A stretch of DNA of 64,000 bases, taken from positions 131,903-195,902 of the forward strand of contig JAAOMT010000786.1 of NCBI GenBank assembly GCA_016748015.1. The letters run 5' to 3'. Below the pieces are notes generated by a model, which was not told the origin of the DNA, ran no database searches, and saw nothing but the letters and a program-made list of their open reading frames with translations. The position numbers and the translations under genes were made by a program. Positions 44,902 to 59,500 of this stretch are shown one piece after another (positions within the stretch are counted from its first letter, which is position 1; each line of letters opens with the position of its first letter). The DNA is from Geosiphon pyriformis uo1. Its lineage: Eukaryota; Fungi; Glomeromycota.

Positions 44902-47900
44902 TCACTTTTTTGCTATGAATGCCTTTGCAGAATCTTTGGCAAGTTCAAGACGAATCACTTTTAATTTCTCATCAATTTCATCATATCCTTGTTCTCGTGT
45001 ATGCCATTGCATCAAACTCTGAATGCATTTGTCAAATTCCTGTTTTCGGCGTGTAGATGTTATCTCTTCCAGTATACACAATATATCAAATATATCTTCT
45101 TTGCTAAAGATGGGTTTTCCTTCTATTGTGCCACCTTCAAATTTCCCAGAGTATTTAGCTGTTAAGTTATAATTCAAATTAAGCAGAACTTGTATAAGCT
45201 TGAACACTCACCATTTCGTAATATGGGTAAGGCGTTGAGTAACAAAACTGGCCAAAATTTCCTTGGAGATTCTTGTGATCTTATTAGGGTTATCAATAAA
45301 TGTTTGGCCATGTCATAATTTTCCTGCTAAAAATGCAAAAAGCTGAAAGTTTGATCAAATAAACCTATAATTCATAGGAAATGTATGTAATTTACCTTCA
45401 ACATGTGATGAAATTCGCAGTATTGCATTAAGAAATTAAGTGATACATCAGAAATTTCATGAACTGGGAGGCTATTGATGGTGTCTTCGAATTTTAACTC
45501 TCCTATTGGAGAATTATATTTTAGAATAATGTAAACAAAATTAAATATAGATGCCCTCCATACCGGTCTCAATGACATCATTGAGGAATTGATGTGCTAT
45601 TAATTTTATCTGAAGGGCGTCATTGGCTCTCACTAAATATGAGAGCGATGACGTCCAACGCTTTTCACGAAGGTACTTATTAGCAGCGATCTGTTTCCAT
45701 TATAGCCACAAATAAAGAGCGGGTTGATATATATTTGAAAAATTAGAATGAATGCCCCAAAGGAGCTTAAGAACAACTAATGGTCCTACCTTACAGATAT
45801 ATTGAGCTTCTTCACGCAAATCATTGACCTTGCAAATATCCAAAATCTTATTTATTTTGAATTCATTATCAAGTGGCACTTTTATGACCAGCTAGACAAA
45901 AGTTAATTCGTTTGAAATAAAAAACTTAATTCAAAAATAAGAAAGTAGCTGTCACCTCTTGGATATAATTGTGTCCAAATGTAGGACAATATCTCAAATA
46001 ATCAAAGGCTATTGACCAAAGCGTGGGATGTCCGGCTAGGATTTCCCCATATTCAAGCAAACGAAACTCCCGATATCCAATTATCCAACTTGAGTCTTTT
46101 GGTATAAGGACAAATATAATGACCATGATGGCAGGAATTATTTAGATGTAGCTACACATTTCAAGGATACTCCAGGGAGAGTGAGCTCAACGCAGAGCTT
46201 TGTTCTGGGATCATATTTTGCCGAAATTTGTAGAGCAAGTCGCTCAGATGTGACGTCAACCAAAGGTCATTTTGGTAACAATGAAGCAAACCCTGAAGTG
46301 TATCATATCCTTAGGATTGTGCGACTAAATAGGATTTTTTTTTGGTAAAAAAGCAATTACCTCATTAATTTTAAGATGAAGGAATTTAATGAAGGCTTGC
46401 TCTGTATCTTGTGGATCCTTTGGTGGCTTATGAAGTAGGCAAAGATCTAAAACATTTCTATTGGAAGATTTCATCTAAGAAATGATGATCTGATAGTGAA
46501 ATTGCTTTCAAAACGCGAAAAGCTCACCGCAATTCATAAAGATCAATAGTTGGATAGTGGTGTAGCAATAAGCTCCCCAAAGCTCCAGCCCAAGTTAATG
46601 AATTCTGAATGATGATATGATCATCCCCTTCCAATATCATCAAAACCTCGGCGAGAATTTTTTGCAGATCTTGGTCAACCAAGTTTAATTCGTCATGTAA
46701 TTTGCTAATTAATATTAAATATAGTAAATTCTCCAGAATAGATATAGTTTAATTCTGGTAGTGAGCAAATTGCAAATCAAGCAAACCTGCATTCTGCACG
46801 CCAATCTCCCCACTTAAGATTGAAGTCAAGTTCTTCATGATCACGAACTTGAGGCTTATTATTCATTAATTGAATTATTAATTTGATGGTATGATCGGTG
46901 ATGCTCGTTTCATCACCAGTCCGACACAGATTAAGCATGTTTTGGGCCCGAACATCACCACGAAGAACCAATCTAAGAATTTATACAGGTTTTCGTCATC
47001 CATAGACGAAACACATGCCAACTGGACAAACTTATTTGAAAGATCCAACTACTTGATTAATTGGGACGTAAAGGCAGGCTCCATCTGTGGCTCAAAAGAA
47101 TCCTCTATCTTTGTTATTTCTTCTTGTGACAATTCTGAGATTATCATTGAAAAGTCATATTTAATTTTAAGAATTACTCTTAATATTATATTGCCGATTA
47201 TTACAAAATTTCCGCGCTCACTCACCTAAAGGTGGGAAAAATTTATTTACCCAATAAACTAAACTCGAGGAAAATTTTCCTTTTCGAGAGGCTGGAGCCA
47301 TGAATAAAATTCTGCATAACTCCCAAATCGCGAATATTTCCGTGGTTACTTCGTATTCTGCTTTATATTTTTCAGGGTTTGATTGTTCTAACTATTTTTG
47401 CAGGTAAAAAGTTAAATCGAATATTGAATAAAACCTCAAGCAAACTATACCTTTCCGAGCTCTTTTACGTAATCTTCAATGATCCTTGAATAATCCAAAG
47501 CAATTCCCTGTAAAGCAGTGTTGAAAGAATTTCGATAAAACCTAATGAATTGTACCAAAAATATATATTATTAAAGATCTTTGGAAAAAAGATTGAGAAA
47601 AATAATAAATTCGTTGTGATAAATGCGTGTTTTCATGGGCAGTTAAGATATTAATATTCAGTATTTCTTGTGATCGAATAAATAGGGTATGTACGTTGCT
47701 ATAAAACTAAAATGACGAGAAGTTAAGCGGCCCGCACAAATTTCACTTGGAAATGGCAAATAATAAATAATTGTTACCCACCGACTTTTGGGTTTTAGTG
47801 ATTTTTTTTAAGGGAAATATATAAATTTTTGTATCACATTTCAAATTATTCCCCTCAACCTACAAGTTAGTTTTGAGCGCTAAGTGAAGAAAACAACTTG

Positions 47901-48081
47901 GGCAAAAATTTTCAAGAACATTTAAACCAACATGAATTGTATGAACCTCTTCGTTTGGATATTTTCCAGAAAGATAATATAATACATTAAGAGTGGACCC
48001 GGGATTAAGGGTAACGCTTAGCGTTTTATTGTTTTCTATCGGTCTTTTGACCTTCCCTGAAGCTCTTGAGTTTGGTAACAT
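44902..48081 (-). CDS. NUP85: Nucleoporin Nup85 (many exons; 5' exons less certain)
   Basis: IWELCRIL, LVLRG, WLTSHLSDLL, LLEYG...LWSIAFDYL..CP, IRLELAK motifs typical of Nup85. Confidence 0.85.
46089..46170 (-). other. U12-type (minor spliceosome) GT-AG intron in NUP85, 82 nt
   Basis: 5' site GTATCCTT; branch-like TCCTTATAC close to the AG; removal skips an in-frame TGA and restores the frame (SL-D-WIIGYREF). Confidence 0.82.
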
Positions 48082-48376
48082 TTATAGTTTCTAGAGACGC
48101 GTATTAATGGTTAAGAAAGAGAAATATTTTTAAAATTCGTAATAAAGGGATAAATTTGAGCCAATTAAATGAAACCAGTTTTTGCCAATCTAATCTTTTT
48201 TAAGATATGATATCAAACTTTAAAATTAGGTTTATTAAGCAAAAATATATTAAATATTTTAATTCAAAATTATACTGCTTAAACTGAAAATAAAGTTTAA
48301 ACAGTGGATCCAACTGCAGCTTACACGTGATCAGCCACCTTTATTATATTAAATAATTAGTTTCAATATTACATAT

Positions 48377-48510
48377 TGTTATCCAAGTAAAAAAAACCAA
48401 CCAATCACAAAGAGAAAAACATATATAATGCATAATAACGTGTAATAACGTAAAATAACATAAAATAATTAATAATAATATGAGATAACTAACAATAACA
48501 TAACATAGAA
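48377..48510 (+). repeat. Remnant related to the start of LTR C, with a 10-bp ATAACG array
   Basis: TGTTATCCAAGTAAAAAAA resembles TGTTACCCGAGTAGAAAAA (18777); ATAAY repeats at 10-bp spacing 48421-48500. Confidence 0.5.
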
Positions 48511-49222
48511 AATACTATAAGATATCAAGCTTTTAGAACTTATTTTGTATAACTAAAAATATGTATATATATAAATAGTTTTAGTTCAAAAAAAAGTATC
48601 TTTTATCTTTAAAGTTCAAAACTTAATTAAAATAATTAAATCTAATTGTATTTTTAGCTTTAATTGTATTATAAAAAATTATTTTTCAACTTAACAACTT
48701 AAAATTTTACTTAATAAAATATTTGATTTAAATAATATTATATTAATAAATTTAAATAATAAAATGTAATTTTATTTATTTTTACTAAAAAATACATTTA
48801 ACAACTTTAATAATAATATAATTGTTATTAATTTTGAATATAAATTAAATACAATTTTAATTTTAATTTTTTTATTTCAATTTATTTTTAAAAATTACAT
48901 GTATAAAATTTACAAATTATTTTCTTAATTATTCTTCAAGATTTTTTTTAAAGCTACACAAATTTTTGTTTTCTGCTCTTTAAAATTATTGTTTATATTT
49001 AACAATATAATTATAATATTTTAAAATTATTAAACTCATTTACAGTAATTCAAAAATGGTCTTTATATTGATGAAGTTGATTATGCAAGACTAAGAGTTT
49101 TTTGGGAAAAAATGACCACAATTAAATTTGGCTTATTTTTTTGTTCTGTAAAACGTAGTTTTTCAATTTTTTTTTTTAAATAAAATGGTATAACAGGTCG
49201 AATGATCTCATGTGACTCAATT

Positions 49223-49254
49223 AGTCGCGAAACAAAAATTCAAAAGACGCGACT
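49223..49254 (+). promoter_or_regulatory. Paired CGCG G1/S elements (CGCGAAA, ACGCGA) upstream of POL1
   Basis: SCB/MCB/E2F-like cores about 100 bp before the ATG in an otherwise CpG-poor spacer. Confidence 0.6.
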
Positions 49255-49345
49255 TTTAGGAGTTCTGATACACTCGTTCACTGAAGTTCTCTTACCTTTA
49301 AGATTCATTTCACTAGTTCTTTAGAAAATACTTTCCTCCCATAAT

Positions 49346-52300
49346 ATGCCTTCCTCGCAAAAGCCCCCCAAGAAAAAGGAGAGTTATGCAGAACTTCGCG
49401 AATTAAGAAATTCAGGTCTTTCGCGTCTACAACAGTACCAGGTAAGAAGTTCGAGATCTCTTGCTTTTTCCCACCTTTTCTATTAGTGAAAACTGAATAG
49501 TTAGTTGTTGTGAAGTTTTCGAATATATTTGTATACATTCTTGCCTTGTTCAGCTTTAAAATTACAAAAATTCTTTACAAAGATCAAAGAAGAAGAGGAT
49601 CTATTTGAGGAGGTTGATGAAGAATACCATGCTTGTGCAAATGAGGGAGGTTCTGAGAATGAATTTGTTGAGGATGACGATGGGAGAGGATATATTGATA
49701 ATGGTTTCAATCATGTGGAGGAGCATTTTTCCGATGAATTCTCCGAAGATGACTTGCCTAAAAAAGGTTGAAATTTCTTATAAAGTTTTGTTCAATTAGG
49801 GTAATATTTGAAATCTTACTCTTTAATTTTAGAAAAACGAAAATTAAATAAGAAGGCCGAAAAAAAAGAAAAACAAGAGCCGACTAGACAATTAGAAACT
49901 TATTTTCAGCGTGGATCAACTTCAAAGGGGATAAAACGAAAACCAGTCGTTAGTAGTATTTCACAGGAAATCAGAAAAAAAAATAACGTAATCTTAACAT
50001 ACAGTTTGGTTCATTGCTAAAGCTAGCATCGAGATTTTCTCTAAATGATATATCTTTAATTTTTGATAATTAGACCAATTCTGCAGAGGAAGATCAAGAC
50101 CTCCTCAACACACTTTTTGTATATATGGATGAAGATCAAGAGCAAGAACAACCAGTGTGCAAGAAGCCAAAAAAAGAATCTCAAGTTTCTTTTTTAGATT
50201 CGAAAAAGTACGTGAAATTGAAATTCTTAGACTGTAAAATTCATTACCAGAGATTCATTAATTTAATTGTTATCACAGTACCGATTATATGGATATTGAA
50301 AATCAAGACGTTCATAATTATGTGAGCAAGGCAGAACCAATGAAAATCATTGATCACTATCATTTAGAGATCAGTCATCCACCTACAAATGTTGAATTTA
50401 AAGACAAACTCAGAGTCGAGGATGAAAGAGTTGAGACTCTTGGTATCAAAACATATAGTGCGATTTTGGATCAAAAAGAACACTCAGAGAATATTAAAGA
50501 ATATGAGGAAACGGGAGTGTCTCTTGATCCCAGTACACTTAACAATGTTTTTACCAATACCAATCCATCTATTGGGGTTTTTGACATTGCAGACATTGTG
50601 GAGAATGATGGCACTTTGAAAATGTTTTGGCTGGACGCTTTTGAAAACAATGGCGTGCTCTATCTAATTGGAAAGGTACTTTTGTCATAAATTTTCTAGC
50701 CTCATTGGATCCTCATATATAGTTTTTCTTTTTAATTTTAGGTATTTAGCAAGGCTGCAAGGCATTTTGTCAGTTGCTGCGTTCAAGTCCTTGGGATGGA
50801 ACGTAGCGTTTTTTTTTTACCAAGGGCTTATCGATTTGGTTTGTAAAAGCTGATAATTTACTGCCCTCAATATTGGACATAGTGATTAATCTAAACTTCG
50901 TGTAATATGAGAAGTTAACGGCATCAAGACCGACCATGAAGTATCAATGAATGACGTTTTCGATGAATTAGAAATTATTCGCCGCCGTCATAAAATTGCA
51001 AAATGGGCAACAAAAGAAGTGGTACGCAAATACGCGTTCGAAATACCAGATGTACCTTCGGAGGGGAATTATCTGAAGGCTAAATATTCTTTTAATTGTA
51101 AGAATACTTATTTTTATATCCTTAATACCAGAATCGATTTCACGCAGAATTTAAATTATTTTCATAGTCTCTCGGCTCCCAGATAATTTGAGTGGCGAAA
51201 CATTCAGTCATGTTTTTGGTACAAACAGATCTGCTTTGGAGCTATTCATTATTCAACGTAAAATAATGGGACCCTGCTGGCTAAATATTATACACCCTGA
51301 TTTTGATAAGCGTCAGGTTAAATATTAAGTTAATTAAAGCCACTTATTCTCACAAAGAATAATCTAATCCCTATAATTGATTTAGCAATCTTGGTGTAAA
51401 ATTGAGGCTATTGTCAAGGATCCCAAGTATATTAATCCCTCTAAGGAGAAAGAAAAACCGCCCTTCAATGACATCCCACCACTCACCATAATGAGTATCA
51501 GTCTTCGGACCATAATGAATCCTACCAAAAAAGTCAATGAAATAGTTCTGGCTAGTGTATCAGTGTATCATAATAGTTAAGTCAATATATCTGCAAATTC
51601 CTGTTTCCACTTTTTCAGTTTGCTTTCTTCTAAACGTTTTTTCTGATAGTTTTGATAGACGAAACTATTTCGGAAGCTAATCTAAGGCCAGTACAATTCA
51701 CGGCCATTAGACCACATGGCTCTACTTACCCGATTGGTTTCAAGGATTTAATCAAAAAAAAGGGCTTTCCACTTGAAATATTCATGACCGAAAGATCATT
51801 GCTTAATTATTTATTGGGTATAATTTGATTTCCGAAGCTTTATATAGACTCTTCCTGCATTACTTTTTAAAATTTACATGACACCCAACCTTTAGCGATG
51901 ATTCACAGGTGGGATCCTGACGTCTTGGTTGGGCACAATTTTATTGGATTTGATTTGGATGTACTTCTGCATCGTATGAAAGAATTGAGAGTAGAGCATT
52001 GGGGAAGGATCGGGAGATTACGTCGATCTGTGTGAGTTGATATGTGTAAATGAATTACTTTAAAGTGGCTTCATTTTCATCAGATATCACTTATAATTTC
52101 TCTAGATGGCCGAAATTACAAATTGGAGCAGGAGGCATGAATGAGTCTACTTATGACGAAAAAGCTGTTGCAAGTGGTCGATTGATGTGTGATACCTATT
52201 TGAACGCAAGAGTAAGTTTACTAATAATCAAGTTGAGTCAGATTATGTTAAAGGGCGTATTCGATCTTTTATATAATATCTATTTAGGACTTAATCAAAT

Positions 52301-55300
52301 CCAAGAATTACACATTGACTGAGCTCGCTCAAACTCAGCTTAATATCACACGCGGAGACATTGAATTCTCCAAAGTTGAATCGTATTATCAAACTCCCAA
52401 AGAGTTGTTTGATTTGATAGTTCATTGCCAGAATGACACTCGGATAGCATCCGCTTTGATGTTCAAGCTTCAGATCTTGCCACTCACGAAGCAATTGACT
52501 AATTTGGCCGGCAATCTTTGGCAAGTAACCTTTCAATAAGTCACTTTGAAGTTTTCCGGAGAAGGTATCAAGTTCAGCGTTAAAATTTTTATTACCTATA
52601 CATTTAGGTCCAAAACTCTAACAGGTGGACGAGCTGAACGCAACGAATTCATTTTGCTTCACGAGTTTTATAATAATCGTTACATTTGTCCGGATAAACA
52701 GTTTGGTAATGTAGATCGCTTTAAGTTTTCGGGTCAAAGCGGCGGAAATGAACAAGGTTAGTCATATTCCGTATTCTCTGGATCTACCACCCTAATAATT
52801 TATGAGCACTTAATTTTTATAACTTTTCCAATGGCCTAAAAAAATGGAAGATGGAAGTAAAGGAAGCAAGAGAAAACCCAATTATGCGGGAGGTCTTGTT
52901 TTCGATCCCAAAATAGGATTATACGACAAATATGTGCTTCTATTGGATTTCAACAGTTTATATCCTTCAATAATTCAAGAATACAATATATGTTTTACTA
53001 CCGTCCAACGAGATAATTTGGTAACTATAAACACTGGTGAAATTATCAATATTTCGATATTATAGGATTCTAATTTGGGTGTTTCTATAGACGGATCCAG
53101 ATAGTGTACCAGATATCCCGACTTCAGATCGAGGAAAAGGGATTCTTCCAAAACTCTTGGCAAACTTAGTTGAACGACGAAAACAAGTGAAAAAACTTAT
53201 GAAGGATGAGGGATTGACAGAGGCGAGACGATTTCAAGTATAAAATTTCATATTTTTCTTGAATGGTTTTGAATAGGATTTCCTTAACCCTCACTGAAAT
53301 GACAATATCTGTTCTAGTATGATATTCGTCAAAAAGCATATAAGCTTACAGCAAATAGTATGTACGGCTGTTTGGGATTCGCCCATTCTCGATTCTATGC
53401 CAGACCTCTAGCCGTGTTGATTACTTCAAAAGGGCGGGAGATTTTGCAAAATACTCGTGAATTAGCTGAAAGTGAACGGATGGAGGTGTGTACAACACTC
53501 AAGAGAAAAACCTACTTAATTACTTAATATTGGGAAAACCAACCTTCTCCGGTTTGAACATAGGTTATATATGGAGACACTGATTCGATAATGATTAACA
53601 CAAATGAAACTGATCTCAAGAAAGTGCGGGAGATGGGCTTTTCCTTCATGAAAAAAGTCAATGAACGATATAAATTGTTAGAAATTGATATGGATGGTTA
53701 CTTTGAACGCCTGCTTCTGCTCAAAAAAAAGAAATATGCAGCAATTAAGATTGAACAAAATAAAGATAAAGTGGATAAATTCCTAGAAATGAAAGGGCTT
53801 GATTTAGTTCGAAGGGATTGGTGCGAATTATCACAGGATGCTTCCAAGTATTTGAATTTTTAAAGTTTTCTTTAATTACCTTTTTGAGAATAAACGCTTT
53901 TATATTATCAAATTCAGATATGTGTTGGAACAAATTTTATCAGCTGCTGATAGAGAAGAGGTTCTAGAAAACATCCACAAATATCTGGTTGGACTCGGTG
54001 AAAAAATTCGATTAGGAGGATTTCCTGTTGATAAATTCATCATATATAAAGTATATGTTCAAATCATATGATTTTCTTTGTAATTAAAAATAAAATAAAA
54101 TACATTAACTGCTTACACGTTTCAGAACTTAACTAAAGCTCCTGAGGATTATGCCGATGGCAAAATCCAGCCACATGTTAAGGTCGCTCTTCGAATGAAA
54201 GAGACAGGAATGGGGGCCCGCATTGGAGAAACTATTCCCTACGTGATTTGCAAAACAGGCAATGTGGAAAGCAATGATCTCATCGCCAATCGAGCGTATC
54301 ATCCAAAAGATGACGAAAATTCATCAGCCATAGGTTGTAACCCGACGTTAATATTCAATTCAAAGCGGTATCTTTGCTAATTTTCAATTTTGCTCTTTTG
54401 CCTTGTATATCACAGACTTTGAATGGTATCTAAATACCCAAATTCATCCTTGTGTTGCACGATTATGCGAGCCCATTGAAGGAACAGATAGTATGAGGAT
54501 AGCTGATTGTCTCGGTAAGGTTCAATATCTCATTATTTAAAGGCACTTTCGCAATCAACCATTTCGCTGACACCTTTTGGAAAAAGGTTTGGATACATCC
54601 AAGTTTCAAACAACGTTTCGTTCAGGCAACCCGTATTCGACGCTTAGCCCAAGTAAAACTCAACAAACAGAGGAAGAGCGGTTTGTCAATGTGGAAAGAT
54701 TCACTTTAACATGTCAAAACTGCAATAGGAAATGCCTTTTCGAAGGTCTTAATTCAACAAAGGTACGCTTTACTCTTTCTGCCAATAAGATAATTTTTTG
54801 CTGCTAATTTCATTACATTGTCTTTTTGCTAATAGGGATGCATAGTCACTCCATCTGGGATATTATGTAATAGTTTGGAATGTAATCAAGTGCTTTCCAG
54901 GTCATTTTTAATAACACAACTCACTCGTCAAGTAAGACTTTTCATTCAACGATATTATGATGGTTGGCTGGTATGTGATGAAGCAGCATGTCGGAATCGC
55001 ACCCGAATTCTAAATGGGAAAAAGTGCAGCAATCCCCATTGTCGCGGAATAATGGTAGAGGAAGTAAGAGAACATTGATTACTTGTTTGTTTTTTACTAA
55101 ATACAAAGCTCTGAAATTTTGAATCTTAACTTTCTAGTATTCGGACACAATGCTATACACCCAACTTCTTTATCTTTCTACGATCTTTGATATGGAGAAG
55201 GCCGTGAAAAAGGCAAAGAATAATATTCCATCTGGTATGTAAAAATGGGAAGCATCTTTTGAAGTATTGATAATATTTGTCTATAATGTGTTCGACTCAA

Positions 55301-55440
55301 TAATAGGTTGGGCCGAAACTCCTTCTGAAGAAATCTCCAACCTATTCGCCCAACTAAAAAGCGTTGTAGATCAATATCTGAATAAATGTGGAAGGAGATT
55401 TGTAAATTTGCAGAAATTGTTTCAATATTGCCAAATTTGA
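49346..55440 (+). CDS. POL1: DNA polymerase alpha catalytic subunit (over 20 exons)
   Basis: [68 protein letters not shown]-terminal zinc fingers. Confidence 0.97.
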
Positions 55441-56468
55441 ATACCACATCCGATCAAAAGCTGAGCAATATCGTGGATCTTGAGCTTAGGTCAAATTTAT
55501 TTCGCTATTCCAAAATCTAAGTTCCACTTTGTTAAATTCTTGACGAATTTTGATCAGCTATGGCTAACTTATGGATTTTTGTAGTAGAATGAAAATGAAA
55601 ATTAGGATAAAATTCTGTTTTTATGTTTATAAACAAATTTAGTGTTAATTCTTTTAACCCCAATTTGTAACTAGAATGGTGTATTGTCAAGTTTAATAAA
55701 AGCTATAAGACTTTGGTTTTTGATTATAATATATATTATTATTAGTTTTTATTATGTATTGTACAATTTTATAGTTTGAAATAATGATTTAAATTTAACA
55801 TTATTATTAACATTATTATTATTATAAAATATAAAACTTATATTTAATTGTTAAATTTAAATTAATATTAAACAAAAAATTATTGTTTATAAAAATATAT
55901 TAAAAAAATACAATAACAAAATCAAACAATAAAATTTGTTAAATAAGCAAATTTAAAATTTTTAAATATATTTTTTTATGGTTTAAAAATTAAGTTATTA
56001 TAAAATTAAATTTTTTTGTTTAATTGTTTTTAATTATATTACTATTAAATATGTTTATTGTAAATTAAATTATTAATTATTAATTTAATTTTATATTTAT
56101 TAATATTATTAATTAAAATATTTTTAATTTATATTAAAACTAAATTAATAAAATTTTTTTTTAATAAATTACAAAAAAAAATAAATAACTTTTTTTTTTT
56201 CTTATTTTTATAATTACAATAAAAACAAAGAATAAAACAAATAAAAAACAATAATATACTATTTCTTATGATTAAGTTACTTGGTTTAAATAAAAATTTA
56301 AGTATATATTATAAATTATGTTTATATTATTCATTTTTTTATGGTGTTTATAATATTATTACTTTTAAGATAAATATATAATATTGTTTTAATCTAAATA
56401 GTTGGTTATATATAAAAAATACATGATTTTTATATTAGTTTAAAATATATAATTGTTATATTATATTA

Positions 56469-56499
<31 letters not shown>

Positions 56500-56555
56500 A
56501 CATTATTTTTTTTATAATACTCAATAAAATTTTATAAAAGCAATTAAACAAAATA

Positions 56556-59500
56556 TTTTTTTTTTTTTTTATTATGCATTTTACAAATGAAGTCCAACTG
56601 CTGTCTAGTATACAGAGCCAAACTAAGAGATCCAAACTAAATGCAGCTCATACACTTACTACATGTAACTAGCCACTCAGACCAGACAAGACAACACTAC
56701 ACATCTATAACGACTTAAGAACTGAAATCCAAACCAGAAAAGAAAAGTTTAAGCTTATGACAGCCAAAGCTAACAAAAAAAGAACTCAAAACACCAAGCA
56801 TCCAAACCATGTCATCAAACAACACAAATGTCTTGCAATGGGACAAATCTGATATCATCCTATCATTTCCAACTAAACCAGCCTTTTCCATGCTCATCCT
56901 ATAATTAAATTTTACCAGCCAAATTCTACTATAGTATAGCTCAACAACACTCCTTACAAAATTAACAACAACACCAACAGCCACCTTCCTGATTTCAAAA
57001 ATCTCAACAGTCTCTGAGCACCAATTACTTATAACAAATCCTTTATACAGAACTGAATACAAGCCGACATTTGAGGAACAATGACTGAGAAACTGCAGAA
57101 CAACAGAAGAGAACAAGACATGAGAACTTACCAAAGAAACCCAAAATGCAGCAGCTTTAGTAAGAATCTTATCTCAAACACCAGCATCCATGATACAAGA
57201 AAACACATAATCAGGTAGCTCCACCTTCTTACACAATAAGCACAGTACACCAGAGTAACTCTTATTATATAATCTCTTTCGAACAGTCACAAGGAGTTAA
57301 TAGTACACAGTCTTCATTAAATACAACTGCAGCACAGAAGACTTCCAGTTAGTAGACCTAGCAAGCATGTGTAAGTCAGAGTGCCACACTCTCAAGGTAG
57401 CACTCCAGTCCACACATTCAATCAAACTACTCCAAATCACATCATGGTCAGGCCCAGCCTCCCAATATGCCTGGCACATGAATCTAAACAGATCCCTAAC
57501 AAAATAGTGGACATTGCCAGACATGATTGTATTCTCAGCAATTAAAAGCCATTCCCATATCCCAATGGGCAAGGAAAACTGAGAACATACAGCAGCACCA
57601 GCAGCAGCATCAGCTTTAATGTTGCGACAAACACCAAAATAACCTTTAACTTTGACCCAGCTTATGCTCAAATCTTTCTCTCTAATCAAATCAAAAATAT
57701 AACATTTCTCCATCCAGCACAGAACTCGGAAATCAGGCATTGGATGAGACAATTTGGAGACATACGCGTTAATAGCAGCTTGGCTATCAAAGTATACTGT
57801 CACTGCACTAGAAGATAGAACACATTCCAATGCCAAAGCAACAGCCTGCAACTCAGCCAAGATGGAAGACATCAAATCATAGATCCTAACACCAATACTA
57901 TGGTCAATAGCAAAAAAATATGCAGCAGCACTACCAGCAACACTAGAAAAGCCAAAATTTTTTAGCAAACTATTTGTAAAAATCTTAAAAGAACCAGACC
58001 ATAACTTGTGTAAACTACTATGCAAATTAAAAAACTTCTCAGAAGCCAGAATGTTCAATCCAGAAAGTCAATTGGCTCTAGCCATATCAGATGACAAAGC
58101 ACCACTATCATGCAAAAACCCAGATGTGAAATTGAACCAATGAGGGACAGGCCTTCTTGGGTCAAGCTTTTTCTACCAGTGAAAAGTCTTCCAATCCATT
58201 ATACAACCCTTTTTGTCAAGCAACCTGTCTCCAAAAACAACACCGAATTGCTTCAAAGAATGAACAAAACCAAAGTAAAAAGCACTCCCCAGCACCAATA
58301 ATATAGAAAAATTATCAGGATCACAAAAACCATAAGGCAGGTTATTCACCAGGGACAACTCATTACCCAAAAAAATTTTAACCACACCAGCCAAAAAATT
58401 GTTTACAGAACTAACACGCAACTTGACAGGGAACTGCAAGGGATCCAAAGAAGTCTAACTCAGAATCTGCAAATCCAGGAATTTATGATCAAACAAATGC
58501 CCCAAAATGCCTAAAGCATTAGAAAATGTGACCACAGCAGCTAATTTGCTCTCAGCCTGTATTTGCTTAAAAGATTTCAGGCCATACAATGAGGGATGAT
58601 ACAAAGCTGCATCAAGAAAGTCATGAGGAAGACCAGCTTTAAGCTTAAGACTTTTTCTGACCAAGACATTCCACTTGTGGTACACATTTGAAGAAACAAA
58701 GCTGAATTGAATACAGTAGTTGACAATAGGCTGTAAGACAGCTGACACTAAATACGAGAATTGCTTATCCGTGATAGCTTTCCTGAGCACTACATTGGCA
58801 AAAAAATGAACATTCAAATGAATCTTGGCCAAACTAGGCTTAGACAAGCCCTCTGTTGACAAAAAAATCTCCAAATATCTGTGTGCTTTGCCTCTTTTGG
58901 CAATAGAAATTGGCTGTCCATTAATATCCAGAGAAGCAACCTTAACACTCTAATTAATAAGAATGGCCACAGTTTTTTTACTATTGATGGAAATATCATT
59001 AATCGAAAAGAATTTACCAGCAATGTCCAAAGCATACTGCATTGATGTTTGGCAATCTTTGACCCAAATGGTGTCATCAACAAATGCCCCAGCCACAAAA
59101 AAAGAAAACATCCCACCACTACTCTCAACTCTGTCTGATTTAACCACAAACTTAGTATTAATTTAGTACTTACATAAATGTTCATGCCTTTTAACTTTAC
59201 ACAATAGTAGATCATAAAAAATTCTCAAAAGAAGGAGTGAAAAAACCTCACCCTAATTCAAACCATCATATACTCTATAACTATTTGAGAAGCCAAAATC
59301 AGTCATCATCCTGTTAATTCTATCCTCATAAATACTGCCAAAAAACTTAATAAACCTGTCACACATCTTGATATGCTATAGGCTAGTCTTTAAGTGATGC
59401 CAACCAACAAAATCATATGCCTTACATATATCCTACAAAACCAACCAAAGTTCTTTATTTTTCTCAAGAGTGTTTTCAACCACTGACCCAATAGCAAACA

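Noticed and set aside
47957-47962. ATATCC in NUP85 exon 1 as an AT-AC donor
   Set aside because: Followed by AA rather than TT; a GT-AG intron just downstream explains the structure
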